Assembly (NCBI RefSeq): GCF_046484525.1
Contig: NZ_JAWOIS010000030.1
Span: 69,118 to 133,117 of the forward strand
Direction: 5' to 3'
DNA from: Marinobacter sp.
Lineage (GTDB): Bacteria; Pseudomonadota; Gammaproteobacteria; Pseudomonadales; Oleiphilaceae
Length of the DNA stretch: 64,000 nt
A program made the translations under genes and the position numbers. Below are positions 56,337 to 64,000 of the stretch, piece by piece; position 1 is the stretch's first letter, and the number at the start of each line of letters is the position of its first letter. The notes beneath the pieces are model-generated. The model was not told the origin of the DNA. It did not search any database and worked only from the letters and a program-made list of their open reading frames with translations.

Positions 56337-57915
56337 ATTGAATTGTTGTATTCGATGACTCCGCGCTAGCCCGCGAAATCGCCGTCCCTGTCGGCGGCCG
56401 GTAATGCAGAGAATAAAGCACCCGATCCAGCACCGATTTGCCATTCCACGCCGGGTCGTTGTTCACGATACCCACCACCGCCCAGGTAGTGTTGTTCTCG
56501 TCCCTGGTAAAGCCGGCGATCGAGCGAACATGCTCCAGGTATCCGGTCTTGATCCGTCCTGTACCCTCCATACCGGCTTTCTTCAGGCGGCGGGCCATGG
56601 TTCCGTCCATGGCGGTGATCGGCATGGAAGCCATCAGGTCGGAGGCGAACGGACTGTTCCAGGCATGATGGAGGATCTGCACGCCCTGGCGTGCGGAAAT
56701 GCGGCCATGACGGGTGAGGCCGGCACCGTTGTCGATCACCATGCCAGCGGTATTGATGCCTTTGCTCTCAAGCCATTCGTAGATCACGCGGATACCGGCA
56801 ACACGGTCATCCTCTTCATCCTCTTTCCGATTCTCGGCACCGATGGAGAGTAGCATCTGGCGAGCCATGACGTTGCTGCTCCACTTGTTGATGTCCCGAA
56901 CCATGGTGACCAGGTCCGGGGAGGTGGTTCTCATCACCAGCCGGGCATCCTCGGGCGTGTTTCCTGTCATGCTGGCGCCGCTGATGGTTACGCCGGCCTC
57001 CTTGAGTACCGAACGAATCAGGGAAGCAGTGTACTGCTCGTGGGGTAGCAGGGACATGTAGGTGGTGGTCCGGCAGCCCTGTGGCAGTTCGCCGGTCACA
57101 CGCACGGTGACCTGCATGTTGTCGTCGAATACCGGCTCCCAGTTGAAGCCATGACGGCTGGGGCAGGGGCCTTCGGGTACGGCTGTCACCCGGTTGTCGA
57201 TCCGGACATCGCCCAGGTCCGGGGTCGTCCAGGCCTGGGTCCCACGCTCGTCGGCCCGGACCTGGAAGTGCAGCAGATTCAGGTTCGTCAGGTAGGCGGA
57301 AGGCTCCACCAGGAACGGCCGGTATGGATTGTCGCCGTTGTCCTCGAATTTCGGGAAGCCGTCATCTACGCGGAAATAGCTGCCATCCAGAACCAGGTGG
57401 CCATCAATACTGGTCACGCCCATCTGCCTGAGTTCACGCAAGGTGGACCAGAGGCGCTCGAGAGTGAGTTTAGGGTCACCCCCGAACCGGACGTACAGGT
57501 TGCCCTTGAGCGTATCGCCGACCATCTGCCCATCGGTCAGGAAGTCGGTATTCCAGTGGTGAGTCGGGCCGAGAATTTCCAGGGCCGCGTAGGTGGTAAC
57601 CAGCTTCATGATGGAGCCCGGGCTCATCAGTTCGTCAGCGTTCACATACTGCTCAATGCCCGGGCCGTTCAGGGGGACCGCCGCAACGCTCAGGCCTTCC
57701 TTGTTGTTCAGTGCCTCGAACGCGTAATCCCGGACTTCCGTGCTCCAGAGCCGGGTAGGGGAGTCTTCGCTGCCTGGTGGCGCCGCTGCAGCCAATGGCG
57801 CCCCCGTAGCCATGACCGCGGCAATTCCCGCAGACAAAATGAACCGACGACCGGACCTCCTCAGTCCTGCCTGCCTGACGCTGCGTCGCATGACCCTGTT
57901 CTTCATGACGTCCAT
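56335..57915 (-). CDS. dacB: D-alanyl-D-alanine carboxypeptidase/endopeptidase (PBP4)
   Basis: 526 aa with a signal peptide, SxxK (SIMKLVT), SxN (WSSNVMA) and KTG (RIKTGYL). Confidence 0.88.
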   Translation of the reverse strand: MDVMKNRVMRRSVRQAGLRRSGRRFILSAGIAAVMATGAPLAAAAPPGSEDSPTRLWSTEVRDYAFEALNNKEGLSVAAVPLNGPGIEQYVNADELMSPGSIMKLVTTYAALEILGPTHHWNTDFLTDGQMVGDTLKGNLYVRFGGDPKLTLERLWSTLRELRQMGVTSIDGHLVLDGSYFRVDDGFPKFEDNGDNPYRPFLVEPSAYLTNLNLLHFQVRADERGTQAWTTPDLGDVRIDNRVTAVPEGPCPSRHGFNWEPVFDDNMQVTVRVTGELPQGCRTTTYMSLLPHEQYTASLIRSVLKEAGVTISGASMTGNTPEDARLVMRTTSPDLVTMVRDINKWSSNVMARQMLLSIGAENRKEDEEDDRVAGIRVIYEWLESKGINTAGMVIDNGAGLTRHGRISARQGVQILHHAWNSPFASDLMASMPITAMDGTMARRLKKAGMEGTGRIKTGYLEHVRSIAGFTRDENNTTWAVVGIVNNDPAWNGKSVLDRVLYSLHYRPPTGTAISRASAESSNTTIQ

Positions 57916-58220
57916 CCGTTGAGTTCTTATGATTAAACAATAGCCGATCCTGGCAGGATGTACTATGCAGAGAAGCTCTACATGACGTTAAAAATTGCCA
58001 GTAGAGACGTTGTTTATATTGAATTTTTGTGACGCTATGTAAGGGCCCTTTGTAATCAGTGGGTTAGCCGTAAAAAAATCAGTCTTTCGGATGTCAATGA
58101 CTTTGTGTGCGTTTTTTGCCGCAGGTTTCACGGCATTTCAGTCATGGAATTTCAGACTCAATCCGCGTTTCCTAGTCCGGTGACGCAATCACGACAACGA
58201 GACAAGAACAGGAGAGCGCC

Positions 58221-58697
58221 ATGATTGGTATACCAATCGGGTTGATCACAGCCAATGCCGTTGAGTGGGTATTCCACAAACACGTTCTGCACAATCTGGG
58301 GCGTAACCGGAACAGTTTCTGGGCGTTCCACTGGCATGATCATCACCGCCATGTCCGCACGAACGGTTTCCTGGACGAGGACTACCGGCACCCGCCCCTG
58401 ACCTGGAATGCCCAGACCAAGGAAGTCGCGGCCCTGGTCGCGGGAGCCGCTGCGGTGACCCCCCTGCTGCCGGTGGCTCCGTTCTTTGTCGGCACGCTTT
58501 ATTACAGTGCCTGGAACTATTACCGGGTGCACAAGAAATCCCATCTGGATCCGCAGTGGGCCCGGGAGCATCTGCCGTGGCACTATGACCACCACATGGG
58601 ACCCAATCCCAACGCCAACTGGTGTGTGACCAAACCCTGGCTTGACCACATCATGGGGACACGGGAGCCAATGGCAAACCGGGAGGCGCCCGCATAA
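58221..58697 (+). CDS. Mini fatty-acid-hydroxylase/sterol-desaturase-superfamily protein (histidine-box di-iron type)
   Basis: 158 aa with histidine boxes HKHVLH, HWHDHHRH, HKKSH and HYDHH, plus hydrophobic segments. Confidence 0.7.
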   Translation: MIGIPIGLITANAVEWVFHKHVLHNLGRNRNSFWAFHWHDHHRHVRTNGFLDEDYRHPPLTWNAQTKEVAALVAGAAAVTPLLPVAPFFVGTLYYSAWNYYRVHKKSHLDPQWAREHLPWHYDHHMGPNPNANWCVTKPWLDHIMGTREPMANREAPA

Positions 58698-59503
58698 TGG
58701 GCACTCCAACATCCCGAAACCAAGGACAAACCATGCTGAACGCGTTAAAGCATAACGTGAATGTGCTCGAATCCGTGGCAACCTCCAGCTTTACGGCCTG
58801 GCGGGGTTGCCTGGTGGTGAAGGCGGCGGAGCAGCCGGAACAACCGATCATCCTTTATGACATGGAAGGCTGCCCCTATTGCCGGCGGGTGCGGGAGGCT
58901 TTTACAGCCTTGAACCTGGACGTTGAGATTCGCCCATGCCCCAAGGGCGGTCGGGTTTACCGGGCCGAAGCAGAAGCGATTGGTGGCAAGCAGCTATTTC
59001 CGCTTCTGGTGGATGAAAATACCGGCCAGGTGATGTACGAATCCGGAGATATCATAGAGTATCTGTTCCGTCAGTACGGGGGCCGCCCGGTTCCGGGCTA
59101 CTATAAGGCCAGAGTCTGGCAGCCGGTGTTTGGTTCTTTGGGCTCGGTTGCCAGCGAAATGCGGGGGCTGCGGGCAACGCCGGGCAAGCGTCCCGGGCAG
59201 GTGCTTCATCTGTGGAGCTTCGAGGGTAGTCCGTTTTCGCGGCTGGTCCGGGAAAAGCTGTGTGAACTGGAGATTCCATACACGCTCCACAATCTCGGCA
59301 AGGAACACTGGACCGAAATCGGGCCCGCGAAGCAGCGCATCAAACTCGGGGAATACAAGCCTTTACCCGGAGGTAAGCGGGATGCCTTCTTCCGGCAGCA
59401 CGGGCGGGTTCAGGTCCCTTACCTGCAAGATCCCAACACCGGGACGTCCATGTTCGAATCGGCGCGTATATTGAAGTATCTGGAGGAACAATACGGCGGT
59501 TGA
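58697..59503 (+). CDS. Protein with two glutaredoxin/GST-N (thioredoxin-fold) domains
   Basis: Domain 1 reads ILYDMEGCPYCRRVREAF..FPLLVDENTGQVMYESGDIIEYL. Domain 2 reads LWSFEGSPFSRLVREKL..VPYLQDPNTGTSMFESARILKYL. An ATAATG overlap joins it to the upstream gene. An alternative start lies at 58733. Confidence 0.75.
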   Translation: MGTPTSRNQGQTMLNALKHNVNVLESVATSSFTAWRGCLVVKAAEQPEQPIILYDMEGCPYCRRVREAFTALNLDVEIRPCPKGGRVYRAEAEAIGGKQLFPLLVDENTGQVMYESGDIIEYLFRQYGGRPVPGYYKARVWQPVFGSLGSVASEMRGLRATPGKRPGQVLHLWSFEGSPFSRLVREKLCELEIPYTLHNLGKEHWTEIGPAKQRIKLGEYKPLPGGKRDAFFRQHGRVQVPYLQDPNTGTSMFESARILKYLEEQYGG

Positions 59504-59540
59504 GGCTGTCATTTAAGGCGGATTCCAAGGGAGGGCCACC

Positions 59541-60473
59541 ATGCTGGAGCTATCAAGGCGACGATTCCTGATCGGTGTCGGGCTGAGTGGCCTGGTTGTG
59601 GCTTCCCCCAGACTGCTGGTTGCCGCCCCGTCCTCCGGCGAACAAGCCTTCCATGTCCGGCCGATTCCCTCTACCGGGGAATCGGTCCCCGCCATCGGCA
59701 TGGGGACCTGGATTACCTTCAACGTGGGAAGTGACCAGTACCTTATTGATCAGCGCACCCGGGTACTCGAAACCTTCCTTGCGCGAAACGGCACTGTCAT
59801 TGACTGTTCTCCCATGTATGGCAGCGCAGCCGACGTCATCGGTGCCGGGCTGGACAGGCTCGGAGCCCACGACCGCATCTTTGCAGCAACCAAGATCTGG
59901 ACCAGTGATGGCTCGGAGACCCGGGAGCAGGCCGCCACGTCCGAGCGGCGATGGGGCATCGAACGCTTCGACCTGCTGCAGGTCCACAACCTGCTGGCCT
60001 GGCAGGAACACCTGGCGACCCTGAAAGTGATGAAGGCCGAAGGCAGGGTCCGTTACATCGGCATTACCACCTCCCACGGCCGCCGGCATCGCGAGCTGGC
60101 GCGCGTCATGGAAGCCGAACCCCTGGATTTCGTTCAACTGACCTACAACGTTCTGGATCGGGAAGCCGAGCAACGGCTGCTGCCCCTGGCCCGGGAACGG
60201 GGCATTGCGGTGATCGTGAATCGGCCGTTCCAGGGCGGTTCCCTGTTCCGCCGGTTCCAGTCAGAGCCTCTGCCGCCATGGGCGGGGGAGGGAGGCATTG
60301 GCAACTGGGCCGAGTTCTTCCTCAAGTTCATCATTTCCCACCCCGCCGTCACCTGCGCCATTCCGGCCACGACCCGGGTGGAACATATGCAGGAGAACAT
60401 GGGGGCGATGTACGGCCAGCTGCCTGACGCCAGCCAGCGCAGGATGATGGCGGATTACGTGAGGCAGCTGTGA
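59541..60473 (+). CDS. Aldo/keto reductase with twin-arginine (Tat) signal
   Basis: 310 aa with the Tat-type signal LSRRRFLIGVGLSGLVVASP. AKR patterns are GMGTW, IDCSPMYG, ATKIW and LLQVHN. Confidence 0.85.
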   Translation: MLELSRRRFLIGVGLSGLVVASPRLLVAAPSSGEQAFHVRPIPSTGESVPAIGMGTWITFNVGSDQYLIDQRTRVLETFLARNGTVIDCSPMYGSAADVIGAGLDRLGAHDRIFAATKIWTSDGSETREQAATSERRWGIERFDLLQVHNLLAWQEHLATLKVMKAEGRVRYIGITTSHGRRHRELARVMEAEPLDFVQLTYNVLDREAEQRLLPLARERGIAVIVNRPFQGGSLFRRFQSEPLPPWAGEGGIGNWAEFFLKFIISHPAVTCAIPATTRVEHMQENMGAMYGQLPDASQRRMMADYVRQL

Positions 60474-61177
60474 ACGGAGCGACGTGGCTGAGCTATTCCT
60501 TACAGGACTTCGTGATGTTCGGCCCGGAGGTATTCCTGAGATTGTTTGCGCGGATCAACCAGGACCTCTGGCCCTGGCTACTGGTGTGGCCGCTTGCCGG
60601 CCTGCTGCTGCCCTGGTTCGGCCTACAGGCCGCCGAGTTGCCGAGGCGGTTGGCGATGGCTCTGGCAGGGCTGGCGTGGATCGGCTGCGGCTACCTGTTC
60701 CTGGTGCGCTATTACGGCCCGGTGAACTTGCCGGCCACCGGGTTCGGCTGGGCCTTTGTGGTCCAGGGGCTGTTATTGCTGCTTTTGAAGGGGAGGGCAC
60801 TTCCCGGACCGATGGCGTGGCCGGTGGCTGTTTGCTGGTGGCTGGCGGTACTCCTGTTGCCCTGGCTGTCGGTACTGGAAATGCCCGATTTGTGGGCTCT
60901 CGCCCTGTTCGGACTTGCGCCCGGGGTGACCGTTGCCGCCTCGGTGCTGCTGTTTGCCCGGCAACCGTCGCCGCTACGGTGGTTGCTGTTGGTGCTGCCC
61001 CTGGCTTGGAGCCTGTTCAGTGCGGCCACTTACTGGGCCCTGGGTACCTTCTGGTTGCTGGGCTTTCCGGCGGCCACGCTGGTGCTGCTGGTTGTCGCGC
61101 TCAGGGTCAATCCCAGTCCGGTGCAAAACCCGGGTTCGCAATTCGTTCGCCCCGGTCCACGGCGTCAATCGCCCTGA
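60470..61177 (+). CDS. Integral membrane protein of unknown function
   Basis: 235 aa with a GTGA start/stop overlap with the Tat-AKR gene. It has multiple Trp/Leu-rich hydrophobic segments. The last ~71 nt overlap the convergent AKR gene, so the true C-terminus is uncertain. Confidence 0.6.
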   Translation: MNGATWLSYSLQDFVMFGPEVFLRLFARINQDLWPWLLVWPLAGLLLPWFGLQAAELPRRLAMALAGLAWIGCGYLFLVRYYGPVNLPATGFGWAFVVQGLLLLLLKGRALPGPMAWPVAVCWWLAVLLLPWLSVLEMPDLWALALFGLAPGVTVAASVLLFARQPSPLRWLLLVLPLAWSLFSAATYWALGTFWLLGFPAATLVLLVVALRVNPSPVQNPGSQFVRPGPRRQSP

Positions 61178-61916
61178 TTTCATTCTCGGTCAGTTGAATA
61201 TCGAGGGCATCCAGGTTGGCCTTCTGATGGGATGGCCGGGTAGAGGAGGGGATCGGAACCACGCCCCGTGAGGCCACCCAGGCAATGGCAATCTGAGCCG
61301 GTGTGGCGTTCCGTTCGCTGGCAATGCGCTGCAGCGTTTCATCCTCCATGACCTTGCCCACCGCCAGGGGCATGTAGCCGGTCACCGTAATGCCCAGTGT
61401 CCGTGCGTGTTCCACTACTTTGCGGTTGGCCAGGAACGGGTGGACTTCCACCTGGTTGGTGAGGATGGCGGAGTCGCCAAGGATTTTCTTCGCCTGATCC
61501 ATCTGGGCACAGGTGAAATTGGAGATCCCGATATGCTCGGTCAGGCCCTCGCGCTGGGCATCCCGGAGCGCGCCCAGGTACTCCTCCATCGGCACCTCAT
61601 CGCCCGGGGAAGGCCAGTGGATGAGAGTCAGGTCCACGTGGTCGGTTTTCAGGCGAGCCAGGCTGTCATGGAGGCTGTTGATCAGGTCGCTGGCCCGCAG
61701 TTTGTCGTGCCAGATCTTGGTGGTCAGGAAGATATCGCGGCGGGGAATGCCACTTGAGGTGATGCCGTCGCCCACTTCCGCCTCATTTTCATACATCTGA
61801 GCGGTGTCGATGTGGCGGTAGCCCAGCGACAGGGCGCTCTTCACCGCCTCCCGGGCATCATTACCCTTCAGGCGAAAAGTGCCCATACCGATCTTCGGAA
61901 GTGTGGTAAACGACAT
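61107..61916 (-). CDS. Aldo/keto reductase, 2,5-didehydrogluconate reductase (DkgB)-like
   Basis: The start at 61916 (MSFTTLPKIGMGTFRL) is preceded by AGGAGG. Motifs present are IDTAQMYENE, LTTKIW and LIHWP. Confidence 0.85.
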   Translation of the reverse strand: MSFTTLPKIGMGTFRLKGNDAREAVKSALSLGYRHIDTAQMYENEAEVGDGITSSGIPRRDIFLTTKIWHDKLRASDLINSLHDSLARLKTDHVDLTLIHWPSPGDEVPMEEYLGALRDAQREGLTEHIGISNFTCAQMDQAKKILGDSAILTNQVEVHPFLANRKVVEHARTLGITVTGYMPLAVGKVMEDETLQRIASERNATPAQIAIAWVASRGVVPIPSSTRPSHQKANLDALDIQLTENEIRAIDAVDRGERIANPGFAPDWD

Positions 61917-62040
61917 GATAGCTGTCCTCCTGTTCCGTTTCTTTATCAACCGAGATGATGTCGCCAGGGTGGTTCTTCAAGTGGCCCGCCGGTATTATCC
62001 CGCCGGAGATTCCAACAAGTCCGAAGCGCGAGAGTGATTC

Positions 62041-62454
62041 ATGTATACCGGCCAGTGCCTGTGTGGCGACATCACCTTTGAATATGACGGCCCCCTCGGC
62101 CCGATTTCCCTGTGCCATTGCAGCCAGTGTCGGCGCGCCCATGGCAGTGCCTTCTCGGCCAGCGCGCCGGTGCAGGCGGTGAGGGTCCGGATTCTCTCCG
62201 GTGAAAACCGGTTGACCGAATACGAGTCCAGTCCCGGCAAGTACCGCGCCTTCTGCAGCCGTTGTGGCAGCCAGCTATACAGCCGGGTGGATGCCATCCC
62301 CGGTATCCTTCGCCTGCGGGTGGGCGTGATCAACGAAGCCCTGGGCAAAGGCCCGGCCCAGCACGTCTATGTTGGCTCGAAATCCGACTGGTTCACTATT
62401 ACTGACGATATTCCCCAGTACGAAAAAACCGACAGGACCAACGACCCTCACTGA
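62041..62454 (+). CDS. GFA (glutathione-dependent formaldehyde-activating / CENP-V-like) family protein
   Basis: 137 aa with the Cys motifs CLCG, CHCSQCRR and CSRCGS. Confidence 0.85.
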   Translation: MYTGQCLCGDITFEYDGPLGPISLCHCSQCRRAHGSAFSASAPVQAVRVRILSGENRLTEYESSPGKYRAFCSRCGSQLYSRVDAIPGILRLRVGVINEALGKGPAQHVYVGSKSDWFTITDDIPQYEKTDRTNDPH

Positions 62455-62457
62455 GGG

Positions 62458-63579
62458 TCAGCTCACAGGAACGGTTCGGTAAACCTTGCCCTTCGGTGAG
62501 TCGGTCAACAGCCAGAGAGTGCCGTCCGGGCCCATGCGAACATCCCGGATGCGCTCGCCAAGATCCGTCAGCAAATCTTCCTCCTCGGTGACGTCTCCAT
62601 CCCTGATCTCCAGGCGCACCAGCTTGCGCATTTTCAGTGCCCCCACGAACAGGTCACCCTGCCACTCCGGAAACAGGTCACCGGTATAGAACGCCATGCC
62701 CGAGGGTGCAATCGATGGATCCCAGTAATGCAGGGGCTGTGCCATGCCTTCCTTCTTGGTGTGCATGGTGATTGGCAGGCCCGAGTAATCAATGCCATAG
62801 GTGATCTCGGGCCAGCCATAGTTGGTTCCGGCGGACAGGATGTTGATCTCGTCACCACCCCGGGGGCCATGTTCGTGGGTCCAGATCTCGCCGGTGTCCG
62901 GATGAATGGTCATTCCCTGGATATTGCGGTTGCCGTAGGTGAAAAACGTATCCTCGGCACCGGCCCGGTCCACGAACGGATTGCCCGGAACCGGCTCGCC
63001 ATCAATCGTGACCCGGTGTACGCCACCGGCGTCGTCACCAAGATCCTGGGCCCGATCCATTTCGCCCCGATCGCCGACGGAAATGTACAAGTTGCCATCC
63101 CGATCAAACTCCATACGCCCCGCGAAGTGGCGGGAAGTATTGGAGCGGGGCAGGGCCTCAAAAATGACCTCCACATCTTTCAACTCGGTGTCTTCCAGCC
63201 TTGCCCGGGCAGCCCGGGTGGTCATGCCTTCGCGGGTGCGGTGGGCATAACTCAGGAACAGGGTCTGATTGCTCTCGAATTCCGGATGTAACAGCACATC
63301 CAGCAGCCCGCCCTGGCCGGAAACCACCAGGTCCGGAACACCTGAGACTGGTTCCGGCACAAGTTTGTCATCGCGGATGATCCGGAGTCGTCCGGCCCGC
63401 TCCGTCACCAGTTTGTCGCCGTTTGGCAGAAACGCCAGGCTCCAGGGATGCTCCAGCCCTTCGGCAACGATCTCCAGCCGGAAATCCGCCTCATCCGATA
63501 TGAATGTCAGCTCGGCAAGGGTTGATACCGAAAACAACATCAACCCGCTGGTCACAGCCAGTTGTTTGCTGGTGAACAT
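62458..63579 (-). CDS. PQQ-dependent soluble sugar (glucose/sorbosone) dehydrogenase family, secreted
   Basis: The start at 63579 is preceded by GGAGG. The signal peptide is MFTSKQLAVTSGLMLFSVSTLA. Motifs present are GGLLDVLLHPEF, DGNLYISVGDRG and EHGPRGGDEIN. Confidence 0.85.
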   Translation of the reverse strand: MFTSKQLAVTSGLMLFSVSTLAELTFISDEADFRLEIVAEGLEHPWSLAFLPNGDKLVTERAGRLRIIRDDKLVPEPVSGVPDLVVSGQGGLLDVLLHPEFESNQTLFLSYAHRTREGMTTRAARARLEDTELKDVEVIFEALPRSNTSRHFAGRMEFDRDGNLYISVGDRGEMDRAQDLGDDAGGVHRVTIDGEPVPGNPFVDRAGAEDTFFTYGNRNIQGMTIHPDTGEIWTHEHGPRGGDEINILSAGTNYGWPEITYGIDYSGLPITMHTKKEGMAQPLHYWDPSIAPSGMAFYTGDLFPEWQGDLFVGALKMRKLVRLEIRDGDVTEEEDLLTDLGERIRDVRMGPDGTLWLLTDSPKGKVYRTVPVS

Positions 63580-63802
63580 GGGAACCTCCGGCCTGTGGGG
63601 CATTCGGTCTGGAAACTCGGAAGCAACAGCCTCTTCAGCATAGCAGGTGACCCGCTCCACTGCCCTGAACGGGCGTTCTGGAATATAGGGTGCGAAGCCA
63701 GCGTTGGATCACCGTGATTTGAGGGTTCAAATGAGAAGGATTCGCATTAATGTGTGCGGCGAATAATGACCAAACAGCAAAAACCCACTCACGGAGAAAA
63801 CG

Positions 63803-64000
63803 ATGTTCCGACTTCCCGAGCCGGCATTCCGCCGCAAGGCCCTGGTATCCGCCATGATGTGCGCCACTTTCCCCGCACTGGCGGTGGCCCAGGAGAACAA
63901 TCCTGCCACCCTTCAGGTGCTGGGTGTTGACGGTCTCGAACTGGGCAGTCAGATCCGCTGGCAGTCCGAGATCAGTCAGGAGCAGGGCGTGGCCACCACC
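63803..64000 (+). CDS. 5' fragment of a secreted/outer-membrane protein (runs off the window)
   Basis: The ATG at 63803 follows ACGGAG and the frame stays open to the window edge. A signal-peptide-like N-terminus ends in ALAVAQE. The product is not identifiable from 66 aa. Confidence 0.45.
   Translation, partial: MFRLPEPAFRRKALVSAMMCATFPALAVAQENNPATLQVLGVDGLELGSQIRWQSEISQEQGVATT

Noticed and set aside
60484-61197. An alternative 237-aa frame overlapping the membrane-protein gene.
   Set aside because: It is Ala/Gly/Arg/Pro-rich and non-hydrophobic. The 60470 frame gives coherent transmembrane segments and a coupled start.

Overview
This 64-kb window is a gene-dense, high-GC chromosomal segment of a gammaproteobacterium with about 57 protein-coding genes on both strands. 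From memory, the 513-aa fatty acyl-CoA reductase closely resembles the Marinobacter wax-ester FAR, so I infer Marinobacter or a near relative. All family assignments come from motifs read by eye and from recollection, because no searches were run. I saw no rRNA, tRNA, CRISPR array, integrase, transposase, prophage or recognisable defence genes, so this looks like core chromosome rather than an accessory island.

Content in order:
- rlmD-relA-mazG, then a convergent pair of small paralogous RHH-like ORFs.
- ppc, a YbaK-like/HDOD fusion protein, adk, tsaB, rsmJ, plsB, nudC and murI.
- A standalone DUF2156 (MprF C-domain-like) gene plus a methyltransferase.
- An HDOD histidine kinase coupled to a REC-PAS-GGDEF-EAL protein, divergent from an atypical MinD/ParA-like ATPase.
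- The FAR, acs and a NarL-type response regulator.
- A 2-hydroxyacid dehydrogenase, an aminotransferase and small conserved proteins.
- A roughly 15-kb block of unassigned catabolic enzymes with a GlxA/AraC-type regulator and an OpuC-type osmoprotectant ABC transporter.
- A LysR-controlled five-gene cluster (acyl-CoA dehydrogenase, SDR, APH-type kinase, histidine phosphatase, SDR).
- Lipoproteins, dacB, a mini histidine-box enzyme with a double thioredoxin-fold protein, aldo/keto reductases, a GFA protein and a PQQ-type sugar dehydrogenase.

Non-coding structure includes seven copies of a 30-nt palindromic REP-like element, some in inverted pairs; a perfect 29-bp inverted repeat inside the ACAD cluster; and several hairpin terminators.

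The best candidates for under-described biology are:
- The split ACAD10/11-like or lva-like kinase/ACAD/phosphatase cluster.
- The DUF2156 plus methyltransferase pair.
- The HDOD/c-di-GMP/atypical ParA module.
- The orphan osmolyte-type catabolic block, which includes an alpha/beta-fold protein whose nucleophile is Gly.

None of these is proven from sequence alone.
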